Positions 45,742 through 56,146 of a stretch of 64,000 bases of DNA are shown here, in pieces; the first letter of the stretch is position 1; each line of letters starts with the position of its first letter. Location: sequence record NC_042100.1; one strand, 5' to 3'. The notes below the pieces were generated by a model. It had not been told where the DNA came from, did no database searches, and saw nothing but the letters and a program-made list of their open reading frames with translations. The position numbers were made by a program, and so were the translations under genes.

Positions 45742-47844
45742 ATGAAAGTCTATAAAATCGATAACCAAATTTTACCAGAGGTGACGTCCATCGCGATCAA
45801 CCTCGCTGCAAATCCACACAATGCAGCATCTGGACGTAAGTACATGTCTGGTAACATGATTCCGAAATCATGTCGTGCAAAAGGCATTACCAAACGTCGT
45901 ATCACTTCTGGCTTTGAGCGTCAGTACGGTGATCATGCTCGTAAGATTGTTGCGCCAAGCAACATGGAAGTGGAACTGGTCATTTACCGTAAGTCCATCA
46001 AATCTCAAGATGCGCGTACCGATGATTGGGGTGAGATACACGTCGTATACTTCGATGCAGATCTGCAACGATACGATGTACTACATCTACCTAAATATCA
46101 TACGCATAACTTCTATGTGGGTTTTGAATACGACTACGATAAACAAATGTTAAATCGCCTACGTAAGGGGGCAACTTATGCTAAAGGTGAGGTCTTCGCT
46201 AAGTCCCCGGGGATAGATGATACCGGGGAATGGAAGTTCGGACTAGAGACCATGGTAGCCGGTATGACCTTACCGTCTACCGAAGAAGACGGCATCATGG
46301 TCCGTGATGATTACCTAGACCGTCTGATGGTGATGTTTGAACACGTACGTAAGTTCAGTTGGAATGAAGCAGAGTATATCCCAGTTAACCTTTATGGTAC
46401 ATTGGATAACCCTAAGGCATTCCCTGAGAACGGGGAGCGTGTTCGTGACGACGGACTGGTGATGGCATTCCGTCGAAGAGATGGCAATTCCGGATTAGCG
46501 TCTCTTACCAAGAAAGCGTTAATGAAACCTGACTTACTCTATGACGTGAAGTTCTATGCCCCACCTCACTCTATTGTTAAGAATATCGAAGTGCGTTCAG
46601 AACGCCTTAAGGATCGTTCTAATAACCGACGAGTTGAGAAACCAAGTTACGCTCATACCAAACTGCTGGAGATGTATGAGACTGAAGATAACAACATGTG
46701 GTACACATTAAAGATGTGGTACATTCATCAGATCAAGAAATTTGGGTCAGATGAAAGACTGCCGTTCTCTAATGAGTTACTTGCGTTTATTTATCAGTCG
46801 TTTGGTAACGTCACCAAAGATTACGCTCTCAATAAACCAAACTTCACTAAACGTACACACCGCAACAAGTCTTTGTTGGATTGGAACGTTAAAGTCACAT
46901 TAAAAGAAGACGTGGCAGGTAAAGTCCGCTTTAAACTGTCCGACTTGAACGGTGGTAAAGGGGTGATCGTTAAAGTCTTTAAGAAAGAAGACGCTCCAGT
47001 GGATGAGTACGGTCGTTCCCCAGAAATCATCGTTAACAACACACCGGCATTCCGTCGTCAAATCTATGCATCTTTGATGGAAGCTTCGATCAACTTTATC
47101 AACCTTAACGTTTACGATGAGGTCATGAAATATCGTGAATCAGGGGATTATGATAAAGCGTATCAATCGTTGTTGGATTTCTACGAAGTTACTTCACCTG
47201 AGTTCTTCCGTATTGTAGATACGGTTGGTAAGGGTGACCCTAACTTTAAGTTCGACCACGTTGATTACATCAAGAAAGAAGGCATGATTTCTATCCAACG
47301 TCGTAGTGATTCCGAGATCGTGGGTGTGGAGGTTATCCGTCGTCTTTCTGAACGTTATGGTCAATGGAAACCTACTCCAGTTACTTTCACCAATGACCTA
47401 GGTCAACGTGAGAAAACACTGGAGCCAGTAATTATTAGTTCCATGCATTATTTGTTGCTGGATAAGTTTGGCACGGAGATGTCCTCAGAGTCATTTCCTA
47501 AGCGCAACCTATATGGTTTGCCAGCTAAACTGAACGCTAATGATAAGTACAACAAACACTACCGCAGTAAAGTAGACCGTAACACAGGTGAAACTGAAGC
47601 CCGTATTGCTATCTCTCATGAAGGTGGTGAAGAAACTGCTCGTATGTTAACTCTAGCTAACTCACCGGAGGCAGCTAGAATGGGGATTAAGCGCATCATT
47701 CGTGCTGATGACCCATTTGCTGTACCTGAGTTAGTGAAACGTGAAGAGTACCGTACTAACCGTGCGTTACAACTCACTATGAATATGTTAACAGACGCTG
47801 GATATGAACTAAGGACTGAAAATGAAAACGATCTCACTTCGTGA
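45742..47844 (+). CDS. Non-virion RNA polymerase beta C-terminal subunit (phiKZ gp71-73-like), uninterrupted
   Basis: STEEDGI (beta ED motif), FKLSDLNGGKGVI, PEIIVN, YLLLDK, RNTGETE. Confidence 0.9.
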   Translation: MKVYKIDNQILPEVTSIAINLAANPHNAASGRKYMSGNMIPKSCRAKGITKRRITSGFERQYGDHARKIVAPSNMEVELVIYRKSIKSQDARTDDWGEIHVVYFDADLQRYDVLHLPKYHTHNFYVGFEYDYDKQMLNRLRKGATYAKGEVFAKSPGIDDTGEWKFGLETMVAGMTLPSTEEDGIMVRDDYLDRLMVMFEHVRKFSWNEAEYIPVNLYGTLDNPKAFPENGERVRDDGLVMAFRRRDGNSGLASLTKKALMKPDLLYDVKFYAPPHSIVKNIEVRSERLKDRSNNRRVEKPSYAHTKLLEMYETEDNNMWYTLKMWYIHQIKKFGSDERLPFSNELLAFIYQSFGNVTKDYALNKPNFTKRTHRNKSLLDWNVKVTLKEDVAGKVRFKLSDLNGGKGVIVKVFKKEDAPVDEYGRSPEIIVNNTPAFRRQIYASLMEASINFINLNVYDEVMKYRESGDYDKAYQSLLDFYEVTSPEFFRIVDTVGKGDPNFKFDHVDYIKKEGMISIQRRSDSEIVGVEVIRRLSERYGQWKPTPVTFTNDLGQREKTLEPVIISSMHYLLLDKFGTEMSSESFPKRNLYGLPAKLNANDKYNKHYRSKVDRNTGETEARIAISHEGGEETARMLTLANSPEAARMGIKRIIRADDPFAVPELVKREEYRTNRALQLTMNMLTDAGYELRTENENDLTS

Positions 47845-49807
47845 ATTTGCTAACTTATCGGAAAAAGAAGTTATCGGATGGCGTAAAGATTTAATCAAGG
47901 TCAAAGTCATCGATGATGAAGGTAAGGAGTTAGTTAGTAATACTTATGACCTTATCATGACTTGGTATGGATTAGAACTCCACCGTCGTTACGAACACCT
48001 TAAAATTCCGTACACGATTAAGGAGATCATCCATTGTAAAGTCTATAACGATCAGACGTTACAGAGACCCCTGCAATACATGCTGGACATCCTCATCTCT
48101 CACGTGGGGGATCCAGTTGAAGCTGACTTCATAAAACAGATTGTTTACATCTGGCATTTCAAGATCAACAACATTCTGGTTTACCTAGGCTCACCGGGTG
48201 TGATCTCAGCGACCGCAGAAGACGTTATGGAAGTTTTCAATCATCCAATGATTGCGGATATCCGAGAACGCCTTCGTCGTGGTGAAATAACGTACGATGA
48301 AGCAGAAGAAGAGTTTAAACAAACGGTACTTCGTGAACCAACGTTGGACTTCTCTACCTTCATTATGCAGGCTCGTACTGGAGCGGTTTCCATCAACCAA
48401 GGTTTCCAAACCTTTATTTCTCGTGGGGCGTGTTTCGATCTGAATAACCGAATCATGCCGAACCCTATCGAACCTTCCTTTGCCGAAGGCATTACTAACC
48501 TAGCGGACGTACTAGCTGAATCTCGTTCAGCCGGTAAAGCACTGGTATCCAACGGTAAAGCACTGGAAGACTCGGAGTGGTTCCACCGTAAGTTACACTT
48601 AACCGCCAGCCCAGTGAAAGACATCGATCACTACCATGATTGTGGGACCACCACGGTAGTACCGGTTAGTCTTAAATCGAAAGATTTAATTAATTCACTG
48701 CAAGGTAAATACTACCATGATGAGAACGGCAACCTTAGACTGATTACTCGAGATGAAGTTAAGAAGTTAAAGGTGGGGGAAACTATCCACTTACGCTCTA
48801 TGCAGTTTTGTCGTAACGAGAAAGCACCTTGTGCGGTTTGTTATGGGCAAATGCGAATGTCTGTACCGTACAATGTTATCATGCGTAAATCCGCTAACCC
48901 GGGAATGTTGAGCGGTACCGCGATAGCAGAACCTATTGGACAAGGTATGTTATCAACTAAGCACTTTATGCGACATGTGCAGGCGGTACCATTTACAGTC
49001 ATGACTGGTGACGAAGAATATATTACAACTAACGGTGACGATATATTCCTCAAACCAGAAATGGTTAAATCTGGAACCCGCATTCAACTTCCCGTTTCGA
49101 TGATCAGTGAACTAACTGACCTACGTTCTATGGAAAACTTAGATGAAGTACAAGACGATCAGTTGACGTGCTTCCCGACGTTAACCTTAACGTATGAAAT
49201 GGAAGACCCGATGTTACCGGGAACCAAAACCAACACCACTGTTCACTTAGATACTCAAGTGAGTTCTCGACAAGCTCGAATGTCTAAAGAGTTTATCGAG
49301 TACACCATGCTACATGGTTGGGAGAAAACTAAGAAATACATCGAAATTGATATTAAGGATTTCGATACCGATTACCCGCTACTGTGTCTACCTTATGTAT
49401 ATGAGGATTTGGATAAATACCGTAGTGAGATCGAATCGTTCTTAGCGTTATCTCGTCGTAATAAAGCATGGCGTGACACCCAAGTTACTCCAGAGTTCTT
49501 TGGACAAGTGATGACGGATTTCTGGTTATTGATTAACCGTAAGTTCAAAAACATCAACATGGTACACATAGAGACACTCTTACACAGTACAACCGCCGTG
49601 GCACCTAGCGAGGGATTGTATAGGTTGCCGGTGGGGGACGAACCACGTTACTTTATACCGTTTAAGAACGCTATCGAGAATCGTGGCTTTGGTTCTTTGA
49701 TCATCTATCAGGGTCAAAACAAAGTGATTGAATCCCCTTCAACGTTTTCTGTTAAAGAGCGTCAGGCGACAGCAATGGAGTGTTTCTTCACAAACGCCGC
49801 TAACTAG
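47822..49807 (+). CDS. Non-virion RNA polymerase beta' C-terminal subunit (phiKZ gp74-like)
   Basis: Bridge helix ESRSAGKAL...FHRKL, DCGT, Zn site CRNEKAPCAVCYG, trigger loop IAEPIGQGMLSTKH. Confidence 0.9.
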   Translation: MKTISLREFANLSEKEVIGWRKDLIKVKVIDDEGKELVSNTYDLIMTWYGLELHRRYEHLKIPYTIKEIIHCKVYNDQTLQRPLQYMLDILISHVGDPVEADFIKQIVYIWHFKINNILVYLGSPGVISATAEDVMEVFNHPMIADIRERLRRGEITYDEAEEEFKQTVLREPTLDFSTFIMQARTGAVSINQGFQTFISRGACFDLNNRIMPNPIEPSFAEGITNLADVLAESRSAGKALVSNGKALEDSEWFHRKLHLTASPVKDIDHYHDCGTTTVVPVSLKSKDLINSLQGKYYHDENGNLRLITRDEVKKLKVGETIHLRSMQFCRNEKAPCAVCYGQMRMSVPYNVIMRKSANPGMLSGTAIAEPIGQGMLSTKHFMRHVQAVPFTVMTGDEEYITTNGDDIFLKPEMVKSGTRIQLPVSMISELTDLRSMENLDEVQDDQLTCFPTLTLTYEMEDPMLPGTKTNTTVHLDTQVSSRQARMSKEFIEYTMLHGWEKTKKYIEIDIKDFDTDYPLLCLPYVYEDLDKYRSEIESFLALSRRNKAWRDTQVTPEFFGQVMTDFWLLINRKFKNINMVHIETLLHSTTAVAPSEGLYRLPVGDEPRYFIPFKNAIENRGFGSLIIYQGQNKVIESPSTFSVKERQATAMECFFTNAAN

Positions 49808-49815
49808 GAGGTAAC

Positions 49816-51348
49816 ATGCGCTCTACTGTAACTGTGTGGAAGGGCGGGACTTACCTAAGAATAACAGACTACAAAGCGCCGTTCGTAAAAGACGTCATTA
49901 TGCCGTTTTGTCGACGGCGCTTATATCGTTTGGGTCAAGAACCGATCCCCGGGACTAGACAAAAACGTACTGTAGTCACGCATTCTTTTGCTCGTATGAA
50001 TAATGACCGAAGTGAGTTTAGAATCTCAGCAGGGTTGCTTGATGACTTCATCCAGTTTATGGAAGGAGTGGGTTACAAGCAATCACGTGTTCAGATTAAA
50101 GACGAACCGGTTATCAAAGGGAAGGACGTTGAGTTTAAATGGAGAGAGGGTTGGGGTGCGCCTAGACCGCATCAGGAAGACTGGTGTGAGTATCAGTTAG
50201 CCGATGGTCCGGTTAAGGTAAACAACGCTGCCACAGGCCAAGGAAAAACGTTTATGGCGACGCATACCATGGTGAATACTGGTAAGCGTACGTTAATCAC
50301 GTGTCTCCCACGTTATGTTTCCATTTGGTTTGAATCGCTGGGTAACTCCGTTGAGTTGCTCCCAGAAGACATCATGTTGGTGGGTAATGGTAAGATCGAA
50401 GAAGCTGCTGAGACCATTAAAGAAGGTCGAGCGGACCCTAAAATCATTATCTTGCCACTGACTCGATATGACACGTATTTAAAACGTGAACGTGAAGAAG
50501 AGATCCCATGTCTGGACGAAGTCTTTAATGACATGGAAATTGGTCTCCGAATCATGGATGAAGCACACGAAGATATTTATCGTGTGTACATGTCGATGTT
50601 GTTTGGGAACTTCGAAAAAACCATCGCACTCTCAGCGACGCTCAAGGCGGACGATGCTTTCGTTAACGATATTTATCGTTACGTGTATCCACCTAAGATG
50701 CGACTCAAAGAACCTGAGTATGATAAGTACATCGATGTAGTAGCGTACCACCACTACATCGACATGCAGAAATACCGTATCAACACCAAAGGGTTTGGTG
50801 GGTATTCTCATGTTAAGTATGAACAAGCCATACTCAAAAATCCAAAGTTGTACGGTCAGTACCTTGGTTTGTGTAAGCAAGCCTTTGAAGAATTTTACGC
50901 GAATGACCATAAAGAAGGTCAAAAGTGTTTGTGGTTCTTCAGTACGGTAGAAATGGCAACTCGGATGAAAGAGGACTTTGAGAAAGCATATCCGGACATG
51001 GATATCTGGAAGTTCACCAATACGGAATCTAAGAACAAAGAAACGGAAATGTCCTACATGGAACACCAAGTCGTCTTTACGACTCCACAGTCTTGTGGTA
51101 CTGGTAAAGACATACCAGACTTGGCGGTAGCGTTCAGTCCGTATGCTTGTTCTTCTAGACAACGTAATGACCAAATGTTAGGTCGTACACGTCCGTTGAA
51201 GAACTACCCGGGTGATAGTCCTAAGTTCGTCTACTTTGTGTGTAGTTCTATCCCTAAGCAGAAAGAGTACCACCAGAAGCGAAAAGAGTTGTTCTCTGTG
51301 AAGTCCAAGTCACATCGAAACATCAATTCTTTCCACCACATTACTTAG
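49816..51348 (+). CDS. SF2 (DExH) helicase, phiKZ gp75-like
   Basis: Motif I ATGQGKT, II IMDEAH, III SAT, VI QMLGRTR. Confidence 0.9.
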   Translation: MRSTVTVWKGGTYLRITDYKAPFVKDVIMPFCRRRLYRLGQEPIPGTRQKRTVVTHSFARMNNDRSEFRISAGLLDDFIQFMEGVGYKQSRVQIKDEPVIKGKDVEFKWREGWGAPRPHQEDWCEYQLADGPVKVNNAATGQGKTFMATHTMVNTGKRTLITCLPRYVSIWFESLGNSVELLPEDIMLVGNGKIEEAAETIKEGRADPKIIILPLTRYDTYLKREREEEIPCLDEVFNDMEIGLRIMDEAHEDIYRVYMSMLFGNFEKTIALSATLKADDAFVNDIYRYVYPPKMRLKEPEYDKYIDVVAYHHYIDMQKYRINTKGFGGYSHVKYEQAILKNPKLYGQYLGLCKQAFEEFYANDHKEGQKCLWFFSTVEMATRMKEDFEKAYPDMDIWKFTNTESKNKETEMSYMEHQVVFTTPQSCGTGKDIPDLAVAFSPYACSSRQRNDQMLGRTRPLKNYPGDSPKFVYFVCSSIPKQKEYHQKRKELFSVKSKSHRNINSFHHIT

Positions 51349-51354
51349 CCCACC

Positions 51355-51387
51355 AATATCGACCTGAAGTAATTTCAGGTCGATATT
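51355..51387 (+). terminator. Terminator hairpin
   Basis: 14-bp stem AATATCGACCTGAA / TTCAGGTCGATATT. Confidence 0.7.
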
Positions 51388-51414
51388 ATTTATGTGTACA
51401 ATGGAGTTATTGTT

Positions 51415-51765
51415 ATGTCACCGTTATTAAGAAACATCAAGTTAAACCTGTTAATCAACACAACTTATTATTCTCTCTTCACGGAAGTCAATTCATTAAA
51501 GCTTCTTGCTAACTTATTCCTTGAAGACCACCCAAATAACACCCAACCACCGTTCTCATACGACGAATTACCGGAATGGAAAGAAGAGCTCATTGAGTCC
51601 CTTCACCAACTTCTAAAGACCGAAGACGAAGGTCGTCGATTCGGAGAACAACTTATTCTTAACTTCTCAGAAGGTTATACTTTGGAGGAAACTACCACTA
51701 GTAAAAACTTCGTACAAATAACGTTCTGTTTGAGACAAGAACCCAACCATGACAACCAAGGCTAA
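51415..51765 (+). CDS. Hypothetical protein
   Basis: The track uses the GTG at 51394. GGAG at 51403 favours the ATG at 51415. Confidence 0.65.
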   Translation: MSPLLRNIKLNLLINTTYYSLFTEVNSLKLLANLFLEDHPNNTQPPFSYDELPEWKEELIESLHQLLKTEDEGRRFGEQLILNFSEGYTLEETTTSKNFVQITFCLRQEPNHDNQG

Positions 51766-52186
51766 CACTATGGAAATTTTCGTGAACATCAATAACGAGT
51801 ATGGTTATCCAGACGAAGTATTTGACATTACACTGGAACACTTATCCGGGTTATTAATTTCCACGAAAATGACACCCGATGAACTCCATGATGATTTGGA
51901 GCTCTCGGTGGAGAATGTGTTGGAAACCTATAACCCTAAGTTTCATGAAAATATGGACGACTACGTTCTACTGGCTGATATAGAAAACCGTTTCTTTCAA
52001 GCCATGAGCGATTCTAAGGACCTGTTAAACGAAGTCCTAGGTAACCACCCAGAACTTCGTTATATGTACATGCAGAACATTAGAGACGTCGACATAAAGA
52101 AACTATCCGGTAATTGGGGGTTGTTACAAGTCACCATAGATCCACCCGGAGGTGAGACATGGAAACAAACAATCCAAAAATCTTAA
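51749..52186 (+). CDS. Hypothetical acidic protein
   Basis: 145-aa ORF overlapping its neighbours. Confidence 0.65.
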   Translation: MTTKANTMEIFVNINNEYGYPDEVFDITLEHLSGLLISTKMTPDELHDDLELSVENVLETYNPKFHENMDDYVLLADIENRFFQAMSDSKDLLNEVLGNHPELRYMYMQNIRDVDIKKLSGNWGLLQVTIDPPGGETWKQTIQKS

Positions 52187-52566
52187 GTGTGGTATTCACA
52201 CATGTATTCCCTAACAACGAGTACATCTCTCACGAAACATATCAACGAGTCATCGAATGTGGAGTAAGAGAAATTTTCCAACACGGTTCTTACCAACCCA
52301 CTATACTAGCTTCGGTAGTGGAATCTGTGATGGACGAACTGGACGGTATGCATGGGATGATGTCTTATTCCTTTGCATTCGATCAAGTTTACGCTGACCT
52401 TTATGAGTTTCTTGAAGACGTCATATTGGGTCCAGCAAACATTGATTCATTAAACACATTAACCACGTTATACGGGACAGGGGAAATTCACTCAATATTG
52501 CATTCCCCTGTTATGACTAACATTCTATTGTTAGTAAGTTTACCTCATTCATTAATTAAAAATTAA
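52159..52566 (+). CDS. Hypothetical acidic protein
   Basis: 135-aa ORF with RBS GGAGGTG. Confidence 0.7.
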   Translation: METNNPKILSVVFTHVFPNNEYISHETYQRVIECGVREIFQHGSYQPTILASVVESVMDELDGMHGMMSYSFAFDQVYADLYEFLEDVILGPANIDSLNTLTTLYGTGEIHSILHSPVMTNILLLVSLPHSLIKN

Positions 52567-52578
52567 AAGGAATCTCCC

Positions 52579-53019
52579 ATGCAATTCAACCTTGTGGGTA
52601 CCCCATCTCTAGCTTCTAAAATCAACGGCACTCTACTGGTGCAAACCCAGACTCTCTTCTTTAACCTGTTGTTAGAAGAACTTATTACTGCGCGTCGCGT
52701 AGCAATGGGCGTCCAACCAGAACTTAAAGAAGATGAAGATCACGATCCTGATGTGGATTCTGAAAACCGTATCCTTGACATGTGTGAAGCGATTATTGGT
52801 GAGGTTCCAGAAGACCGACCAGAAGAAGAACACAAGTCAATGTTGGAAGCATTAGAAAAAGACATCTCTAACCTATTGCACGAAGCGGCAGAAGTCTTCA
52901 GTAACAACCCTGATAACAACGATCAACTAGATGTATTGTCTAATCAAAACCTAAATGACGTTAAAGAACTTAACTGGGTGTTGAGCGAAACCGGTAACCT
53001 AGCATTGCGTCTAAAATAA
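52579..53019 (+). CDS. Hypothetical acidic protein
   Basis: 146-aa ORF with RBS AAGGA and a downstream terminator. Confidence 0.7.
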   Translation: MQFNLVGTPSLASKINGTLLVQTQTLFFNLLLEELITARRVAMGVQPELKEDEDHDPDVDSENRILDMCEAIIGEVPEDRPEEEHKSMLEALEKDISNLLHEAAEVFSNNPDNNDQLDVLSNQNLNDVKELNWVLSETGNLALRLK

Positions 53020-53030
53020 CGAACACAATA

Positions 53031-53065
53031 ATAACCTCGTACTCCGCTAAGGAGTACGAGGTTAT
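53031..53065. terminator. Terminator hairpin
   Basis: 15-bp stem ATAACCTCGTACTCC / GGAGTACGAGGTTAT. Confidence 0.75.
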
Positions 53066-53086
53066 AACGGTTCTTATTTTTTTTGA

Positions 53087-53114
53087 TGAAAAAAGAAGGG
53101 GTGACTGCCACCCC
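53087..53114 (-). terminator. Minus-strand terminator of the vRNAP gene
   Basis: On the minus strand: GGGGTG-GCAGT-CACCCC followed by TTCTTTTTT. Confidence 0.55.
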
Positions 53115-53191
53115 CGTAATAATGTTTGTTCCAAGTTGGAGACAAACAACCCCATCAAAAAGAAGGACACCTAAAGCGTCATATAATGGGT

Positions 53192-54490
53192 TTATTCAAA
53201 TAATTCAGTCAGAGTGAAACTCTTCACCGACATGTTGGCTTGGTGTGCCGCTTTCATTCGCTGCAACATGAAACCCGTTGGAATATCAGAGCATTCCATG
53301 GAGATCGCGTCAGAAGCGCCCGCTAGACCATCACCAACACACATCTTACAATAGTTACCGTCTCCAGTCCCACAAACGTTTGGTGTTCGGAATTTAACGG
53401 TTTTACCTATAAAGGCTTTCTCGTTACCCAACCAACGTTTAATTTCACCGGAGGCAGCAAGGTAGTACATACCAGTCCACAACTTAACTTGATCTTCACT
53501 CATCTGAACATCTTCGAAAACTCGAGTCTTACAATCGTCTTCCGGAATAGAAATACGGGACGTCAAACGCTGAGTATCCTTAACCGCCGCACCACCTTCA
53601 CCTGTGGCCTTACCACGGTCGTAAGAGCCAGATATTGCGGTGTTGACGTAGTCATGGAGATGATCCATATCCCAGCCGTCATCTAGGGATTTATGAAGGA
53701 ATGTATACTCACCAGTATTCCAGTCTTGCTCTGCACCAAATGCCAAGAACATACGTTTACGGGCGTTGTCAATGAACTTCTTATTAATGAAGAAATCTTT
53801 CGAATCCCCATTAAGTTGGATCTCCATATCCTTTGCAACCAATTGGTCGATAATCCATGATGCTTTAATCGGGTCTTTAATTGCATCCGGGTTTTCTTCC
53901 AACAGTTTAGCTTTAAAGGCAAGGAGTTCCTTATCAACAGTAAGCGATTGAATAGAAGCCGCTTTACAGAAGACGTTGTTCATCCCCATTAAGTAGTTAA
54001 ACTGCTTTGTGACCTTATGACAGTCGTCAACAGAACACTTGCCCTCAGGAAGCACTTCCCCTTCTTTAGGGTTATCCACCATAACACCGTCGATGATACG
54101 TTTGACGTCCTTACGACCCATCAACCGGTTTATGTAGGGGGCGTTATGTTTCAGTGCTTCATAGAACACCACTCGGTTAACTAACAATAACCCCATGGTG
54201 GATTCTAAGGGTTCTACGACCCTAGGATCAAGATCTTCGTCAACAGTAATACGTTCGTCCTTATAACAAAAAGGACCGCTTAAATCACCTTCTACGCGTT
54301 CTACGGAGCCATCGTCCTGTAGAAAGTAAAACCCGTCTTCGTCTCGTTGAATAGCAAAGCGAATATCTTTTAATATCCGTCTGGTATCCTCATCGTCAGA
54401 CAACTTAGTAAAGACACTCAACAACCATGCTTTTTTCTGATAACAGCGGTTTTTAAAACAAAGTTTAAGATAGTCGATTTTCGATATCAT
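53192..54490 (-). CDS. Virion RNA polymerase beta' subunit fragment (phiKZ gp80-like)
   Basis: Bridge helix SYDRGKATGEGG, EDDCKT, Zn site CGTGDGNYCKMCVG, trigger loop MLQRMKAAH. Confidence 0.85.
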   Translation of the reverse strand: MISKIDYLKLCFKNRCYQKKAWLLSVFTKLSDDEDTRRILKDIRFAIQRDEDGFYFLQDDGSVERVEGDLSGPFCYKDERITVDEDLDPRVVEPLESTMGLLLVNRVVFYEALKHNAPYINRLMGRKDVKRIIDGVMVDNPKEGEVLPEGKCSVDDCHKVTKQFNYLMGMNNVFCKAASIQSLTVDKELLAFKAKLLEENPDAIKDPIKASWIIDQLVAKDMEIQLNGDSKDFFINKKFIDNARKRMFLAFGAEQDWNTGEYTFLHKSLDDGWDMDHLHDYVNTAISGSYDRGKATGEGGAAVKDTQRLTSRISIPEDDCKTRVFEDVQMSEDQVKLWTGMYYLAASGEIKRWLGNEKAFIGKTVKFRTPNVCGTGDGNYCKMCVGDGLAGASDAISMECSDIPTGFMLQRMKAAHQANMSVKSFTLTELFE

Positions 54491-55391
54491 GGTTCTCCCC
54501 TTCAGGTAACTTGATTTGTTCCGCTAATTGCTCAGAACGATAGAGTAGTTGGACTTCTTCTACGTTCTCTTCAATAACCTGTTTGATTTGATCCCAGAAT
54601 TGATCATTACTTAACTCACTGATCAAAGCAAACCCAAAGAGTTCTTTAATGTAATGTTCTGGGGACGTTGCCATGGCTTGCTCTAATTCCATGCGGTAGA
54701 AGCTTAATAAGGTCAAGAACCCCATCCCGAGTTGACCGTTGTTTCTCACGTGCTTGGCAGCAACTGTGCCGTTCAAAAACCCAACATTGGTTTTAATGCG
54801 GAGTTTAATGAAATCCGGAGTCTCCGGAACAGCATCCGCTACGATTAGACTAATGCGTAACGTTTCCATTAAGTATTCCGAACATTCAAGGATCAAATAG
54901 TTGAGATCGTCGATGATCGGGTCCATGGTGTCGTGATCGTACATCTTACGGAACAATTCAATGAATCGATCTTTAGGTGGGAGGTCACGCATCTCTAGGA
55001 TTTCACTCAACCCCTGAAGATCTTCGTAACCATTAAGGAGATAAATCACATCTGTAATTTGATACAGCACGTGCAGTTTATTAGCCTCAACGTACTCTAA
55101 ATCCACCGTAATACCAAACTTAACTAATTGTTCAATTATATTGTTTAGTAAGAGCTCCAGTATTACCGCTTTTTGTTCAATGACTGCCGAGTCATCATCA
55201 CTCAGGATATTGGCGATAGAAGAAACCAAAACGTTCTCTTCATCGGCTAATACCAAGAGGGTGTAGACTTTTTGAATTAACTCAGCGTTTTCTGGGGTAA
55301 TGGCTTGGGAAAAGTTAATCCAAGGTTCACCCAAGTCTTTTGTTAATAAATCCACGTTGGTAACATCCATCGCAGGTAACATATCGTTCAT
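54465..55391 (-). CDS. Conserved phiKZ-like hypothetical protein
   Basis: 308-aa acidic helical ORF with RBS GAGG, overlapping the vRNAP gene start. Confidence 0.7.
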   Translation of the reverse strand: MNDMLPAMDVTNVDLLTKDLGEPWINFSQAITPENAELIQKVYTLLVLADEENVLVSSIANILSDDDSAVIEQKAVILELLLNNIIEQLVKFGITVDLEYVEANKLHVLYQITDVIYLLNGYEDLQGLSEILEMRDLPPKDRFIELFRKMYDHDTMDPIIDDLNYLILECSEYLMETLRISLIVADAVPETPDFIKLRIKTNVGFLNGTVAAKHVRNNGQLGMGFLTLLSFYRMELEQAMATSPEHYIKELFGFALISELSNDQFWDQIKQVIEENVEEVQLLYRSEQLAEQIKLPEGENHDIENRLS

Positions 55392-55420
55392 AATAACCTC
55401 TTAATTAGAAGGAACATAAA

Positions 55421-56146
55421 ATGCCAAAAATTAGTAAACATAAACAGGCAAAACGTAAAGCCCGTCAGCGTAATGTAAAGGCCGCTAAACAGCGCAACCG
55501 TTTAAAAGAATCACAACAGTTAGTTGATGAACACGCAATGAGCGATGAAATGAAAGCTCAGGCAAAAGAAAAATTCTGGAAAGTGTTCAGTAAATTACCG
55601 GCTCAGTTGCAAAAAGAAGCGATCAAAGATTTTGAAGCCAACGGTGGTCACACTACCCCGATGGACATCGATGGCATGACTGAGTTGTTATGTGAGGGCA
55701 TGAACTACTACATCCGTCCTCACGCAATGGTCGATACCCTTCACTCTCTTGTTCAACAAGAGAAAGTCACGCTGGAACCTAAACTACTAGAGTTAATGGA
55801 CCAAATGGACGAAGCGACACTTAAGTACATTGCAGGTGCGACGAAAGTCCTAAGTTGTTTCCAGCATATCCAAGAACTCCCAGAAGCTGAACGTCAACAA
55901 GCGATTCTGGATGATGAAGTACTTGGTGATGACCTCATCCCGACGCTTCTTGCTTATCAAGAAGACTATGACACGATCATTGCACCACTCATCGAACTGG
56001 CAGAAGTTCATTCAGATCTTATCGATGAAGATATCGAGTTCCACTCTGATATTCGAGGTGAGAAGAACCTATACAACGTAGCACGCGCGATCCACTTGGA
56101 GCGTGTTGAACAATTGATCAAGCAGAAGGCTAATAAAGATGTCTGA
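55421..56146 (+). CDS. Hypothetical protein with basic N-terminus
   Basis: 241 aa. Begins MPKISKHKQAKRKARQRNVKAAKQRNR, then an acidic helical body. Confidence 0.7.
   Translation: MPKISKHKQAKRKARQRNVKAAKQRNRLKESQQLVDEHAMSDEMKAQAKEKFWKVFSKLPAQLQKEAIKDFEANGGHTTPMDIDGMTELLCEGMNYYIRPHAMVDTLHSLVQQEKVTLEPKLLELMDQMDEATLKYIAGATKVLSCFQHIQELPEAERQQAILDDEVLGDDLIPTLLAYQEDYDTIIAPLIELAEVHSDLIDEDIEFHSDIRGEKNLYNVARAIHLERVEQLIKQKANKDV

Noticed and set aside
45742-47844. Expected intron/endonuclease in the gp71-73 homolog
   Set aside because: The ORF is continuous with all beta motifs in one frame, and no group I elements were seen.
52970-53170. 66-aa minus-strand ORF downstream of the vRNAP gene
   Set aside because: It spans two terminator hairpins and overlaps the plus-strand gene end, so it is likely spurious.
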